Virus record (IMG/VR): IMGVR_UViG_3300045988_114239
From: a virus
Length of the DNA: 64,000 nt
Direction: 5' to 3' (one strand)
Part shown: positions 16,570 through 25,996 of the stretch, one piece after another
How positions within the stretch are numbered: the first letter of the stretch is position 1
How the letters are laid out: each line of letters begins with the position of its first letter
Program-made: the position numbers and the translations under genes
The notes under the pieces: generated by a model
What the model was told of the DNA's origin: nothing
Seen by the model: the letters and a program-made list of their open reading frames with translations, nothing else
The model's database searches: none

Positions 16570-17869
16570 AATATTAATAGATTTAGGGTTTGTACCTATG
16601 GTGAAAGGAGAGGGAAATACGTTGTTTAGAATGAACGATGTTGTGATGTCGGTGTCAGATCCTAACCAAACACCAGAGCAGTTGAAGAAGGAGGTTATGT
16701 CTTTAATAAAGAACAGAGACATAGCAGAAAGAGGCGGACAGGTTCCAGTAGTTAAAGAGCCGGCGCCTGAGACAGAGCAGGCCCAGAAGGAGGAACCGGA
16801 AGCTCCGGCAGAGGAAGCAGATCCTAACCCTGGAGAGGAAGATTCGAATCCGTTTACAGAAAATCAAGAAACGTTAGAGCCGTTTTATATCTGCGATGAG
16901 TTGAAGAAGATTGAGACTCCCAAATTCGTAAGATTGACATTAGACGATAATCGTTTTTATGTAAGGAAGATGGATGATGGAACGGCCAAGATATATGCTT
17001 CGGTAACAACTTTAATCAAAGATGGGTATGTAGATGATAAGACCGCACTTCAGGAATGGAAGCAAGAGATGAAGATGCTTGGTCGCAATCCGGAAGAGGT
17101 GGCACAGTATGAAGCCGACAGGGGAACGATCATGCACTATCTGTACGGATTGTACCTAACAGGTAGAGATATAGTCTTAAATCGAAGCTTTATCATCAAA
17201 ACAGTACAAGAAGGCAAGCTGAAGATATCGAAAAAGAATCTTGACAAATTCTTTGGTAGCATAGATGATCTTGATGATATGATTGTCAGAGTTATGAAGT
17301 TTGCTAAGTTTTGTTCGGAGTATAAGGTTAAGCCGATGATGATTGAAAGAATATTGTCATTAGAAGATTATTTGGTAGCTACGCCGATAGATGCGATGGT
17401 TAAAATGACATTCAAATACAAAGAAGAAGGTTATTTTGGAGCCGTGTATCAAAGGGCTACAGGGCAGTTTAAAAAAGGCGATCCGAAGAAGGAGGTAAGA
17501 GAAGTGGAGAAGGAAGAAGTGGTTATTCTCGACTTTAAATCAGGGGGAATATGGGAATCATACGCATTTCAATTAGAAGCTGAAAGAAGAATGGTTAAAG
17601 CATGGTATGGGATTGATGCACGTATTATGAACTTTTCTCCAAAAAGCACGAGCAGTAAAGGATATACGCTGAAAGAATGGACAGAAGACAGTGTAGCACT
17701 TGAAAAGGCGGACTGTGTGTTCCAACAAGGTATGTTGAATCACCTTAGAAAAGATAAGAAATTCAAAGTGAGAAAAGGAGTGTTGAATATCAATAAACCA
17801 TACAATGAAGAGGATCATACGGTTGTATATGATATTGCAGAGGAAATATCTAAAAGGTTCATGATATAA
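16541..17869 (+). CDS. PD-(D/E)xK nuclease-like protein with acidic low-complexity linker (motif ILDFKSGG)
   Basis: 442-aa ORF. The hhhDhKSG motif is typical of RecB/Cas4-family motif III. There is an acidic P/E-rich region at ~aa 60-110. Confidence 0.5.
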   Translation: MIGMIEEKIKILIDLGFVPMVKGEGNTLFRMNDVVMSVSDPNQTPEQLKKEVMSLIKNRDIAERGGQVPVVKEPAPETEQAQKEEPEAPAEEADPNPGEEDSNPFTENQETLEPFYICDELKKIETPKFVRLTLDDNRFYVRKMDDGTAKIYASVTTLIKDGYVDDKTALQEWKQEMKMLGRNPEEVAQYEADRGTIMHYLYGLYLTGRDIVLNRSFIIKTVQEGKLKISKKNLDKFFGSIDDLDDMIVRVMKFAKFCSEYKVKPMMIERILSLEDYLVATPIDAMVKMTFKYKEEGYFGAVYQRATGQFKKGDPKKEVREVEKEEVVILDFKSGGIWESYAFQLEAERRMVKAWYGIDARIMNFSPKSTSSKGYTLKEWTEDSVALEKADCVFQQGMLNHLRKDKKFKVRKGVLNINKPYNEEDHTVVYDIAEEISKRFMI

Positions 17870-17891
17870 AAAGCAATGAGAGGAGCTAAGG

Positions 17892-18905
17892 ATGCTTGAT
17901 TTTAGAAAATACGAAAACGTACCTCGGTTTCAACTTGACCGCAGGCCTGGCAGGAGCCGACTGAAGCTAACCTGCCCGGCTTGCGGGAAAAGCCGGTGCC
18001 TTACCCCTTATATTGATGTGGCGACCGGTCAGGTCGTTGGCAATGAGTTTGGAAGATGCGATCATGAACGAACTTGCGGTTATGATAAACGACCTACCGG
18101 CAAGGATGTAGGTGACAAAGATCTTTGGATTTCGGGAAATAAGTGCATAAGAGCTTATCGTCCTCCTGTAAATCCTGACGTTGTAAATTACATACCTTTT
18201 AGCGAGTTTGAGAGGACTGTAGTTCCAGACGATAGAAACACCGTATTTAGATTTTTATCGTCTCTATGGGGAAAAGAAAGGGTATCTGACGTATTTAGAA
18301 GGTATCATGTTGGAACAATGGACTTATGGGGATGGAAAGGGTGTTGTATATTCTGGCAGATAGATAAGGACTTTGTATGCAGAACCGGCAAGATTATGGA
18401 TTTTTATATAAAGACCGACAGCCAGGGGAATGAGATTGATGTAAAAAGAGTGAAGGAAAAAGACGGTGACAATGAGCGACCTCATGTCATGTTTTATCAC
18501 TCGTTGCATGCAAGAGACTTCTTGTTTAGACAATGCCTGTTTGGAGAACATCTTCTAAGCCAGTATCCAGATAAGGTAGTTAATTTGGTGGAGTCAGAAA
18601 AGACGGCTATTATATGCGCCGTGAATAAACCAGATGAGTTGTTTGTAGCTACCGGTGGGTTGCAGAACTTAAGACCGGAAGTGATAGATGTTTTAAAAGA
18701 TAGAAAGACTGTAGCTTTTCCGGACAAAGGACAAGCATTTGACACATGGAGTAAAAAGATAGATGGGATGATGATGAAGTCAAGGATAAAAGTATCGGAC
18801 TATCTTCAGAGTGTTGAGAATGTAGGGGACGGAGATGATGTGGCAGATTTGATAATTAATAACAAAGTAAAAGAGAAATATTATGAGCCTGGACGTTTAT
18901 ATTAA
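17892..18905 (+). CDS. DNA primase candidate (N-terminal CPACG...C..H...C zinc finger; TOPRIM-like ESEKTAII ... AFPDKG)
   Basis: Zinc finger plus an acidic TOPRIM-like segment, positioned upstream of the helicase as in phage replication modules. The DxD motif is not canonical. Confidence 0.5.
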   Translation: MLDFRKYENVPRFQLDRRPGRSRLKLTCPACGKSRCLTPYIDVATGQVVGNEFGRCDHERTCGYDKRPTGKDVGDKDLWISGNKCIRAYRPPVNPDVVNYIPFSEFERTVVPDDRNTVFRFLSSLWGKERVSDVFRRYHVGTMDLWGWKGCCIFWQIDKDFVCRTGKIMDFYIKTDSQGNEIDVKRVKEKDGDNERPHVMFYHSLHARDFLFRQCLFGEHLLSQYPDKVVNLVESEKTAIICAVNKPDELFVATGGLQNLRPEVIDVLKDRKTVAFPDKGQAFDTWSKKIDGMMMKSRIKVSDYLQSVENVGDGDDVADLIINNKVKEKYYEPGRLY

Positions 18906-19236
18906 GAGCAAGAAGAAAGAAGAGGATCGTAAATGGGTTGCAAACATCACCCACAACATGAACAAGATGGCACAAAAAATATTCGTATCAGAAAACAAAG
19001 AAACACTATACGATTATGTTTGGAGACCGGAAGAATTGGGCAGGGAAATAGATACTAAGGAGATGGTGAAGATACTCACAAAAGGTATATATATTATGAT
19101 CTCCAAGAGAAAGAGTCTTTTGAGATACGAACCAGAAAACGGATGGGGGTCTTATGATTCATTTCTTAAGTTTCTTATCAAATACAAAGAGGCGTGTGAA
19201 GATCATCCGGGTTATATAATTGAAGCAAGCAGATAA
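18883..19236 (+). CDS. hypothetical protein
   Basis: 117-aa ORF. Confidence 0.5.
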   Translation: MSLDVYIKSKKKEEDRKWVANITHNMNKMAQKIFVSENKETLYDYVWRPEELGREIDTKEMVKILTKGIYIMISKRKSLLRYEPENGWGSYDSFLKFLIKYKEACEDHPGYIIEASR

Positions 19237-19495
19237 TATGGAAAATTATAAAAATACTTTAAATGAGGTAGTGGTGATCGAATCGTCACCAGAAACGTAT
19301 TTTGTTTACGCTATTCGTAATGCTATTCGTATCTCTAAATGTGCGTATCCGACAGCCAAGAAAGTAATTTTCAAAAGAGAGGACGTAGAGGTAGAGATCT
19401 CAGAAATGGAAACTGAAAGCAGTTTGTATGAAAAGTTTAAAGAAAAACAAAAGAATAGGGTATGGAACTTAATGAGCGCCAACAACGGGTTTTAA
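19220..19495 (+). CDS. hypothetical protein
   Basis: 91-aa ORF. Confidence 0.45.
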   Translation: MKQADNMENYKNTLNEVVVIESSPETYFVYAIRNAIRISKCAYPTAKKVIFKREDVEVEISEMETESSLYEKFKEKQKNRVWNLMSANNGF

Positions 19496-20028
19496 GAGGC
19501 GAAATTTGTCCTTATTGCGGAAGAGAAACTGAGCTGGTAAATGCCGATAAAATATATAGCAGAAAAGGCTTAGGGATGGTTATGATGTGCAAACCATGCA
19601 ACGCTTATGTCGGTGTTCATGAATCAGGGCCGAATAAGGGAAAAGCTAAAGGCCGGCTTGCGGGGCCATCACTGAGGTCTCTTAAGATAAGAGTCCATGC
19701 CGAACTTGACAGATTATGGTCTACGCCGGAGGAACGGGAAAGGATGTATAAAGATTTATCTGAATTTCTATCTATACCGGAAGAGTACACACATATAGGT
19801 ATGTTTGGCGAGAAGACGATGGGAAAAGTCTTTCAGTTCTGTCATGTAAACAAAGAACGATCAGGTTCGAGAATAGAATGGCATAAGCCTGGAGATAAGT
19901 GCCCTAATAAGAACAATCAAATAGTGTCAGGAAGTAGCGCATGTAGAGGATGTCCTGAGTATCTCCATGATGAGAAAGATGGGTATGTCTGGTGTGATCC
20001 TGATATGAGCTACGGCAGGTTGAAATAG
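19462..20028 (+). CDS. zinc-finger protein (CPYCG...CKPC; C-terminal CRGCPEY)
   Basis: 188-aa ORF. Confidence 0.55.
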   Translation: MELNERQQRVLRGEICPYCGRETELVNADKIYSRKGLGMVMMCKPCNAYVGVHESGPNKGKAKGRLAGPSLRSLKIRVHAELDRLWSTPEERERMYKDLSEFLSIPEEYTHIGMFGEKTMGKVFQFCHVNKERSGSRIEWHKPGDKCPNKNNQIVSGSSACRGCPEYLHDEKDGYVWCDPDMSYGRLK

Positions 20029-20080
20029 GGCGCGAATTGCCTATCTTTGTGCTATTATTAATCAAAAAAAATATAAGCAC

Positions 20081-20359
20081 ATGGGCAGATCAACAGAGTA
20101 CTACAGGACTCATCCAGAAGCCAGGAAGAAAAAGGCTAAAAAGGACAAGGAGATAAATGCCAGACCGGAACAGAAAGCCAAACGCCGGGAGCTTGGTCGT
20201 AAAAACTACGAAACGGACAAGAAGAAGGGCAAGGGCTGGAGGAAAGGCAAGGATTGTTCTCATACCAAGAACGGTCTTAGGTATAAATCAGTAAAAGCTA
20301 ATAGGGGATCCAAGTCGGATACGAAAGGTGACAAAAATGCAAGAGGAGATAGCAAATAG
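20081..20359 (+). CDS. lysine/arginine-rich basic protein (possible nucleic-acid binding)
   Basis: 92 aa, >35% K/R. Confidence 0.5.
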   Translation: MGRSTEYYRTHPEARKKKAKKDKEINARPEQKAKRRELGRKNYETDKKKGKGWRKGKDCSHTKNGLRYKSVKANRGSKSDTKGDKNARGDSK

Positions 20360-21461
20360 GATAGATATAAGAAGGATATTCAAGACCTCTAAACAAGTTA
20401 TGGAAGAGGCGTATGAGAATATCTTGAAATACAGGCGGGGAGAGCTTATCCCCGCTAAAACCGGATACGATTATATTGATGAGGCTTTGCTTGGAGGTAT
20501 TTTCCCTCAGCATGCTATTGCCATAGGAGCCCGGCCATCTGTAGGTAAATCGTATGTGGCCCAAAAGATATTGGAAAATGTGATGAATCCGATGATCAAC
20601 CCGCAAGCAGAAGATTATTTTCTTGTTAATTGCGAGTTCGAAATGAATCCTCAAGATCTTCTTCTTCGCAGAATGAGCCAGGATATGAAAAAGCGGGCTC
20701 CTGAAATATTAAGAAGGCAAGATTCTAATACAGTAGAAGAGATGAGGATGTTTGAAATCCTTCAAGGTGAAATCAGAAATAATATAATATACATCGATGC
20801 TCCGTGTACGGTAAAAGAGTTTGAGGCGGCTGTGTATCATATAGCTACCAAACATAAAGACAAACGTCTTATAATATTTAAAGTCGATCATATTGCTTTG
20901 ATAAAAAGAATGGGATTAGATCCTAAGTCGGCTATAGATGATTTGGTGGCGGTTATGAACGAAGCTAAATTAGTATATAAAAACATATTTTTCCTCATCA
21001 TATCCCAATTCAACAGAGAAATAGAAGGAAGGATAAAAAGCCCACAAGAGCAGCCTCCGCGTCTTTCTGATTTTTACCAGTCTGATACGCTGGGTCAGTT
21101 ATGTACGTTAATGATAGGCTTGCACAATCCTCGTAGGTACGGGCTGGATAAGTATATGATATTTGGGAAAGATTGGTATCAGACTCTTGATAGGTTTAAA
21201 ACTGAAAACAAAACATCATTCAGGACAGCCGGACTGGTGTTTCATCATATACTGAAGGTAAGGCAAGTTAGTATGGAAGAGCTTACTAATACAATCCACC
21301 CAGAGATACTGCCGGGACATGGATGGATGTACGGGGAGGGCGGGACGAAGTTCGTGAACCCCAACCAGCCGCCGACGCCGCCCAAGCTCTATACTGTGGA
21401 AGACGTTACGAACAATCAAGATCAAGAACAAGAGACAAAGGAAGAACAGTCATTGTATTAA
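20328..21461 (+). CDS. DnaB-like replicative helicase, C-terminal RecA-fold domain only (GARPSVGKS Walker A; IFKVDH Walker B; ISQFNREIEGR...PRLSDFYQSDTLGQ)
   Basis: The motif order matches DnaB H1, H2 and the arginine-finger region. There is no N-terminal DnaB domain. Confidence 0.85.
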   Translation: MTKMQEEIANRIDIRRIFKTSKQVMEEAYENILKYRRGELIPAKTGYDYIDEALLGGIFPQHAIAIGARPSVGKSYVAQKILENVMNPMINPQAEDYFLVNCEFEMNPQDLLLRRMSQDMKKRAPEILRRQDSNTVEEMRMFEILQGEIRNNIIYIDAPCTVKEFEAAVYHIATKHKDKRLIIFKVDHIALIKRMGLDPKSAIDDLVAVMNEAKLVYKNIFFLIISQFNREIEGRIKSPQEQPPRLSDFYQSDTLGQLCTLMIGLHNPRRYGLDKYMIFGKDWYQTLDRFKTENKTSFRTAGLVFHHILKVRQVSMEELTNTIHPEILPGHGWMYGEGGTKFVNPNQPPTPPKLYTVEDVTNNQDQEQETKEEQSLY

Positions 21462-21476
21462 AAAAAAATAAGAACC

Positions 21477-22079
21477 ATGAGACTAACAGTAGAAGAAAAC
21501 GAATACCTGATAAGTAAGTTCCTTTTGGTTCTTACTGAGTTTGCAGGGGATGAAAGAGAGATGTTTTTAATCAACTCCATACATGATAAGGCGGTGGCGG
21601 ATATGAATTATCGTCTTCCGTCTTTAATAAGCAGAGAACGTAAAAGACGAGTCATTGAACTCCTTAAAGAAGGAACCAGAATAATCAAGGACTTTTCCGG
21701 CTATGCAGGTGATATGGGTATGATTAACGAATACGATCGTCTAAAGAAAGAAATAGGAACCGTCCAAGACCAGCTTGGTGACGTAGAAGGTCAACTTCGG
21801 GCAGCAGGAGAAGTTATTAAAAAAGAACTTGATATGATTGCTGACCGAATCAAAGAAGACCTCCTCGACCGGGAGCTGGCTAAAAGTAATGCCGAGGCTG
21901 AAAGAAAAGCCAAAGTAGATCCGAGATACGAAGTAGCTTTAGGTGATTACAAGGAGATGCTGGAAGTGATTTTTACAACCAGAAACAAGTATTCTACGGT
22001 AGATTCTGTACATGACGATCTTCGCCAGTCGGTATCTACCGGTAGAAATTCGATTATTAAAGAAGGGTACAACAGTTAA
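21477..22079 (+). CDS. hypothetical coiled-coil protein (possible helicase-associated)
   Basis: 200-aa ORF immediately after the helicase. Confidence 0.55.
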   Translation: MRLTVEENEYLISKFLLVLTEFAGDEREMFLINSIHDKAVADMNYRLPSLISRERKRRVIELLKEGTRIIKDFSGYAGDMGMINEYDRLKKEIGTVQDQLGDVEGQLRAAGEVIKKELDMIADRIKEDLLDRELAKSNAEAERKAKVDPRYEVALGDYKEMLEVIFTTRNKYSTVDSVHDDLRQSVSTGRNSIIKEGYNS

Positions 22080-22094
22080 AAACAAGGAGGGAAT

Positions 22095-22301
22095 ATGGAA
22101 AAGAAGGAATTTAAAGTAGGAGAAGTATTTACTGCCGGACTTGTAAGATTAAAATGTGTGGAAGCTACGGCACCGGATTCAGGATGTGAAGGATGTATAT
22201 TTGATTACTTCACATGCGGAGCAGTGGGTATGGTTGCAGGTCCGTGTAATTACGCGGAGAGGGAGGATAACAAGGATGTTATTTTCATTAAAGCTGATTA
22301 A
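22095..22301 (+). CDS. hypothetical small Cys-containing protein
   Basis: 68-aa ORF with a CAAGGAGG Shine-Dalgarno. Confidence 0.5.
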   Translation: MEKKEFKVGEVFTAGLVRLKCVEATAPDSGCEGCIFDYFTCGAVGMVAGPCNYAEREDNKDVIFIKAD

Positions 22302-22303
22302 GA

Positions 22304-23017
22304 ATGTACATCAATTTCAGACAACTTGCAGCATCAGACATGACTCCTAATGATCTTGCTAATCTTCTTGCCATAAGACAGAAGGATTCGGTTATGATCG
22401 AAGCCATGCCGGAAGAAGATGCTGGTAGATATATAGAGCTTGGCCTGGTTGAGAAATTAAAATCAGGCGTGATGAGATTGACCAACAAAGGAACGTCTTT
22501 TGTGAATTATATAGAGACACCAGAGATGACAGACGAGGTTCTGGAAACGTTGAAGATTATGATAGGAATGTACGAATCATATTCAAAAGACATAGGTGTC
22601 AGTAGAAAAGAAGCGGAATCCAGATTATGTTGGTTTATGGGTAACACCTCATTCAAGAAAGAGGTCATACTTCAGGTAACGGAATCTTATATAGCAGAGT
22701 CAGGAGATTATACAATGAGCTTATGTAACTTCATATGGAAACCGCCTTCTCAGGCTTTTTCAGTCCATATGAACCTTAAAAATTCAAAGCTCTTTGACTT
22801 AATAGCTGAAAAATTTAAGATCGCTACCGAGCCTTATTTGGAGCCTAAGAAGAATAAGGAAATGGATTGGTTGTTTGCCGTATCTAAATTGCCTACGCCG
22901 CCGGCTAAAGGCAATCCGGATTATTTATTTACCGGAAGTTCTGAAACAGACAAAGAGAGATTGAAAAACATAAAAACATACTTATTTAACAAAATTAGAA
23001 AGCAATGGAAAAAGTAA
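22304..23017 (+). CDS. hypothetical protein, first gene of ACP/NfeD/flotillin operon
   Basis: 237-aa ORF. Its stop overlaps the ACP-like start. Confidence 0.6.
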   Translation: MYINFRQLAASDMTPNDLANLLAIRQKDSVMIEAMPEEDAGRYIELGLVEKLKSGVMRLTNKGTSFVNYIETPEMTDEVLETLKIMIGMYESYSKDIGVSRKEAESRLCWFMGNTSFKKEVILQVTESYIAESGDYTMSLCNFIWKPPSQAFSVHMNLKNSKLFDLIAEKFKIATEPYLEPKKNKEMDWLFAVSKLPTPPAKGNPDYLFTGSSETDKERLKNIKTYLFNKIRKQWKK

Positions 23018-23256
23018 GAATCAGAAAGATAATAGAGGATATAATTATTACTCAGTTTCTTAATTCGGAAATAGATATAGTTCATGAAGAGGATGTGACG
23101 TTTAAAGAACTTGGATTAGATTCTGTTGATCGAATTGAGCTTGATGTGATGGTGGAACAAAAATTCAATATTGTTATTATTGATTATGATATGGAGACCA
23201 TCAAAGATATGACTGATCTTGTTTACAAAATAATAACAGAAGGGTATGGGAAGTGA
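23005..23256 (+). CDS. Acyl-carrier-protein-like protein (LGLDSVDRIELDVMVEQKF)
   Basis: The ACP helix-II signature DSLD-x-VEL-VM with a phosphopantetheine-site Ser is reproduced as GLDSVDRIELDVMVE. Confidence 0.6.
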   Translation: MEKVRIRKIIEDIIITQFLNSEIDIVHEEDVTFKELGLDSVDRIELDVMVEQKFNIVIIDYDMETIKDMTDLVYKIITEGYGK

Positions 23257-23740
23257 CATAATTTTATGCATGGCTTTAATAGCGTCATTTGCTTTTGTTA
23301 TACAGTTTTTGTTGTCGATATTAGGATCTGATCTGGATACGGATATTGACATTGACAGTGCTTCTGATTTAAGCATGTCTTTGTCGGACATCATATCATT
23401 CAAGGGCATAACACATTTTATTCTTGGATATAGCTGGACTACCTACTTTTCGGGTTCCCATTTAGTAGGGGTTGTGATAGGGTCGTTTTTCTTTATCGTT
23501 TTGTTTTACGTATATAAGTTACTTCTTAAGTTAAAGCAAGAAATGGTGTACGAATGTCCGGAAGATTTAAATGGCAGAGAGGTGGAGATAGTGTTTAGAT
23601 CAGGGAAGAATCATTATATGGTAAATATTTCGAAAAATGGAAGACAGGAGCAAATGAGAGTAAGATGCTTGTCTGGAAAAACTTACAAAAACGGTGACAA
23701 GGTGAATATAAAATACGAAGAAGGAGAATTAAGCATCTAA
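23246..23740 (+). CDS. NfeD-like (YuaF-type) membrane protein: three TM helices plus C-terminal OB-fold beta domain
   Basis: Hydrophobic N-terminus, C-terminal GREVEIV...G..V.I...G pattern, and a position immediately upstream of an SPFH gene as in yuaF-floT. Confidence 0.6.
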   Translation: MGSDIILCMALIASFAFVIQFLLSILGSDLDTDIDIDSASDLSMSLSDIISFKGITHFILGYSWTTYFSGSHLVGVVIGSFFFIVLFYVYKLLLKLKQEMVYECPEDLNGREVEIVFRSGKNHYMVNISKNGRQEQMRVRCLSGKTYKNGDKVNIKYEEGELSI

Positions 23741-23772
23741 TTTTTTTTATCAACAATTAAATTTTAAAAGTT

Positions 23773-25473
23773 ATGACAACAATCATGTACGTGTCAGCTA
23801 TTTTAGCTGTAGTGATTATTTTGACAATCATCGGAGTCTTATCAAGGTATCGTAGATGTAAGCCTAACCAAGTCTTGGTCGTTTATGGTAAGACAGGTGG
23901 AGAGAAGAAATCGGCGAAATTATATCATGGTGGAGCAGCATTCGTGTTGCCTATTATCCAAAGCTATGATATTTTATCTATGGAGCCTATGCAAATAGAT
24001 TGTAGGCTTACCGGTGCTTTGTCATCTCAGAATATTAGAGTAGATGTGCCTACAACTATTACAGTAGCTATCAGTACAAATCCTGAAATTATGCAGAATG
24101 CAGCAGAAAGACTTTTGGGGATGGATACCGAATCTACTGAAAATCTTATTACAGACATCGTTTACGGTCAGATGCGTTTGATTATTGCCGAAATGACGAT
24201 TGAAAAACTTAATTCTGACAGGGATGAGTTTTTGGATAAGGCAAGAAAAAACATTGATAACGAACTTAATAAGTTAGGCCTTTACCTCCTAAATATCAAC
24301 ATCAGTGACATCAGAGATGAAGCCGGCTACATCATGAATCTTGGTAAAGAGGCTGAAAGCAAGGCTCTGAACGAAGCACAGGCTAATATCGAAGAACAGG
24401 AAAAGCTGGGTGCTATTAAGATTGCTGTACAACAGAAGGAAAAAGAAACGGCTGTAGCTAATACCCAAAAAGAGCAAGAGATTCAAATTGCCTATACTGA
24501 AAAAGAAAAAGAAACGGTAGTAGCTGAAACAAAGAAAGAAAAAGAAGTAGCTTTGGCTTTAACCGATAAAGAAAAACAGATCGGTGTAGCTCAAGCCGAT
24601 AGAGATAGGGCTGCGGCTATAGCAAAGACTTTGGCTGACAAGGAATCAGCGATTGCAAGATCTAAGGCAGAACTTGAGGTAAACAAAGCTGAAGCTGAAA
24701 GAATGGAAGAAGTCGGAAAGAATAAGGCTGAGGCTGATAAACAAGCAGCTATAGCAATCCAAGATTCCGAAGCTCAGATCAAGAAAGCTGAAGCTGAGAA
24801 AAACGCATCTGTGGGTTATAACAATGCCCAGAAAGAGGTTGCTATATCAGAATCAGAATTACAGGTTATCAAAGCTCAATCAGAAAAGAAGGCTGGAGAA
24901 GAGAGGGTTAAGTCGGAAGCGGCTGTAAAAACGGCAAAAGAGCTTGCTGATAAAGAAGTGGAAGAAGCTAAAGCTAAGAAGGTTCAAGCTGCGCTTAAAG
25001 CTGAAAAGATTGTGCCGGCTGAAATTCAGAAGCAGGAGGCTATGTTGCAAGCTGATGCTGAAGCTGAGAAGATCAAACGCCGGGCTGATGCCGAAGCAGC
25101 AGCACATTTGGCAAAAGCAGAAGCGGAGGCAAAAGCTATTCAGATGAAGCTGGAGGCAGAAGCCGAAGGTAAGAAAAAGTCGTTAATGGCAGAAGCCGAC
25201 GGATTTAAGGCTATGGTGGAAGCAGCAGAATCCAATCCTCAGATCGCCATCCAGTACAAGATGGTTAATCAGTGGAAAGAAATTGCTGGAGAACAGGTTA
25301 AAGCATTTGAGCACATTAATCTCGGAAATATCACGGTATTTGACGGCGGTCAGAACAGTACCGGTAATTTCCTTAACAATGTTGTCAAGACCGTCGCTCC
25401 GGCATTGGGAGTCATTGATCAGCTTCCGATTGCAGATACTTTAAAGAAATTAAAAGGAGATGACAAAAAATAA
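23773..25473 (+). CDS. SPFH/Band-7 flotillin-like protein (FloT/YqiK type) with long Ala/Glu/Lys coiled-coil
   Basis: N-terminal TM, SPFH core (QVLVVYGK...), and an extended EA-rich flotillin repeat region. 566 aa. Confidence 0.85.
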   Translation: MTTIMYVSAILAVVIILTIIGVLSRYRRCKPNQVLVVYGKTGGEKKSAKLYHGGAAFVLPIIQSYDILSMEPMQIDCRLTGALSSQNIRVDVPTTITVAISTNPEIMQNAAERLLGMDTESTENLITDIVYGQMRLIIAEMTIEKLNSDRDEFLDKARKNIDNELNKLGLYLLNINISDIRDEAGYIMNLGKEAESKALNEAQANIEEQEKLGAIKIAVQQKEKETAVANTQKEQEIQIAYTEKEKETVVAETKKEKEVALALTDKEKQIGVAQADRDRAAAIAKTLADKESAIARSKAELEVNKAEAERMEEVGKNKAEADKQAAIAIQDSEAQIKKAEAEKNASVGYNNAQKEVAISESELQVIKAQSEKKAGEERVKSEAAVKTAKELADKEVEEAKAKKVQAALKAEKIVPAEIQKQEAMLQADAEAEKIKRRADAEAAAHLAKAEAEAKAIQMKLEAEAEGKKKSLMAEADGFKAMVEAAESNPQIAIQYKMVNQWKEIAGEQVKAFEHINLGNITVFDGGQNSTGNFLNNVVKTVAPALGVIDQLPIADTLKKLKGDDKK

Positions 25474-25636
25474 ATACAATGGCCCAAGGTTACACTTGGG
25501 CCTAATTGAAGAAATAAAAGCAGCATTCATAGATTTCCTGCCTGCTGGAACAGTGATTTTAAGTGCTTTACTAATTACGATATTTTTAACATGGATTTTG
25601 GACAAGATTTAGAACCAGAAGAACTGACCAAGCATT

Positions 25637-25996
25637 ATGATCAGTGTTATGGAATTGATTTTGAAACAGAAGAAGAGGAGGATGAAGAGTATGACTGATG
25701 AGGAATTTGCATTAGATAATAAGAAAAAGGTTGTTGTAAGAAAAAGAATATCTTATTTAAACAAAGGAGATAAAGTATGGATTGTGTCTTCCGACGGGTA
25801 TCTGCTGCACACGGACGTAGTTAGAGCCGAACGCGGACGGTCTTATGTGGATATAGACGGGATTCTGTATTGGAAGCGAGGATTAGATGGTAAGCATCGT
25901 AATCGTAATAACTACATGCAGTTTGCCATGACACCAGAAGACGGTAAGAAGTATGTCGTATATTACCCGGAAGGATTTAAAGACAATGACTTATGA
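25637..25996 (+). CDS. hypothetical protein
   Basis: 119-aa ORF. Confidence 0.5.
   Translation: MISVMELILKQKKRRMKSMTDEEFALDNKKKVVVRKRISYLNKGDKVWIVSSDGYLLHTDVVRAERGRSYVDIDGILYWKRGLDGKHRNRNNYMQFAMTPEDGKKYVVYYPEGFKDNDL

Noticed and set aside
24400-25200. Repetitive DNA in the flotillin gene (possible CRISPR-like or tandem repeat)
   Set aside because: The repeats are in-frame, imperfect ~11-aa peptide repeats (KEKETAVANTQ / KEQEIQIAYTE ...) of the flotillin EA coiled-coil. There are no unique spacers and no CRISPR-like structure.
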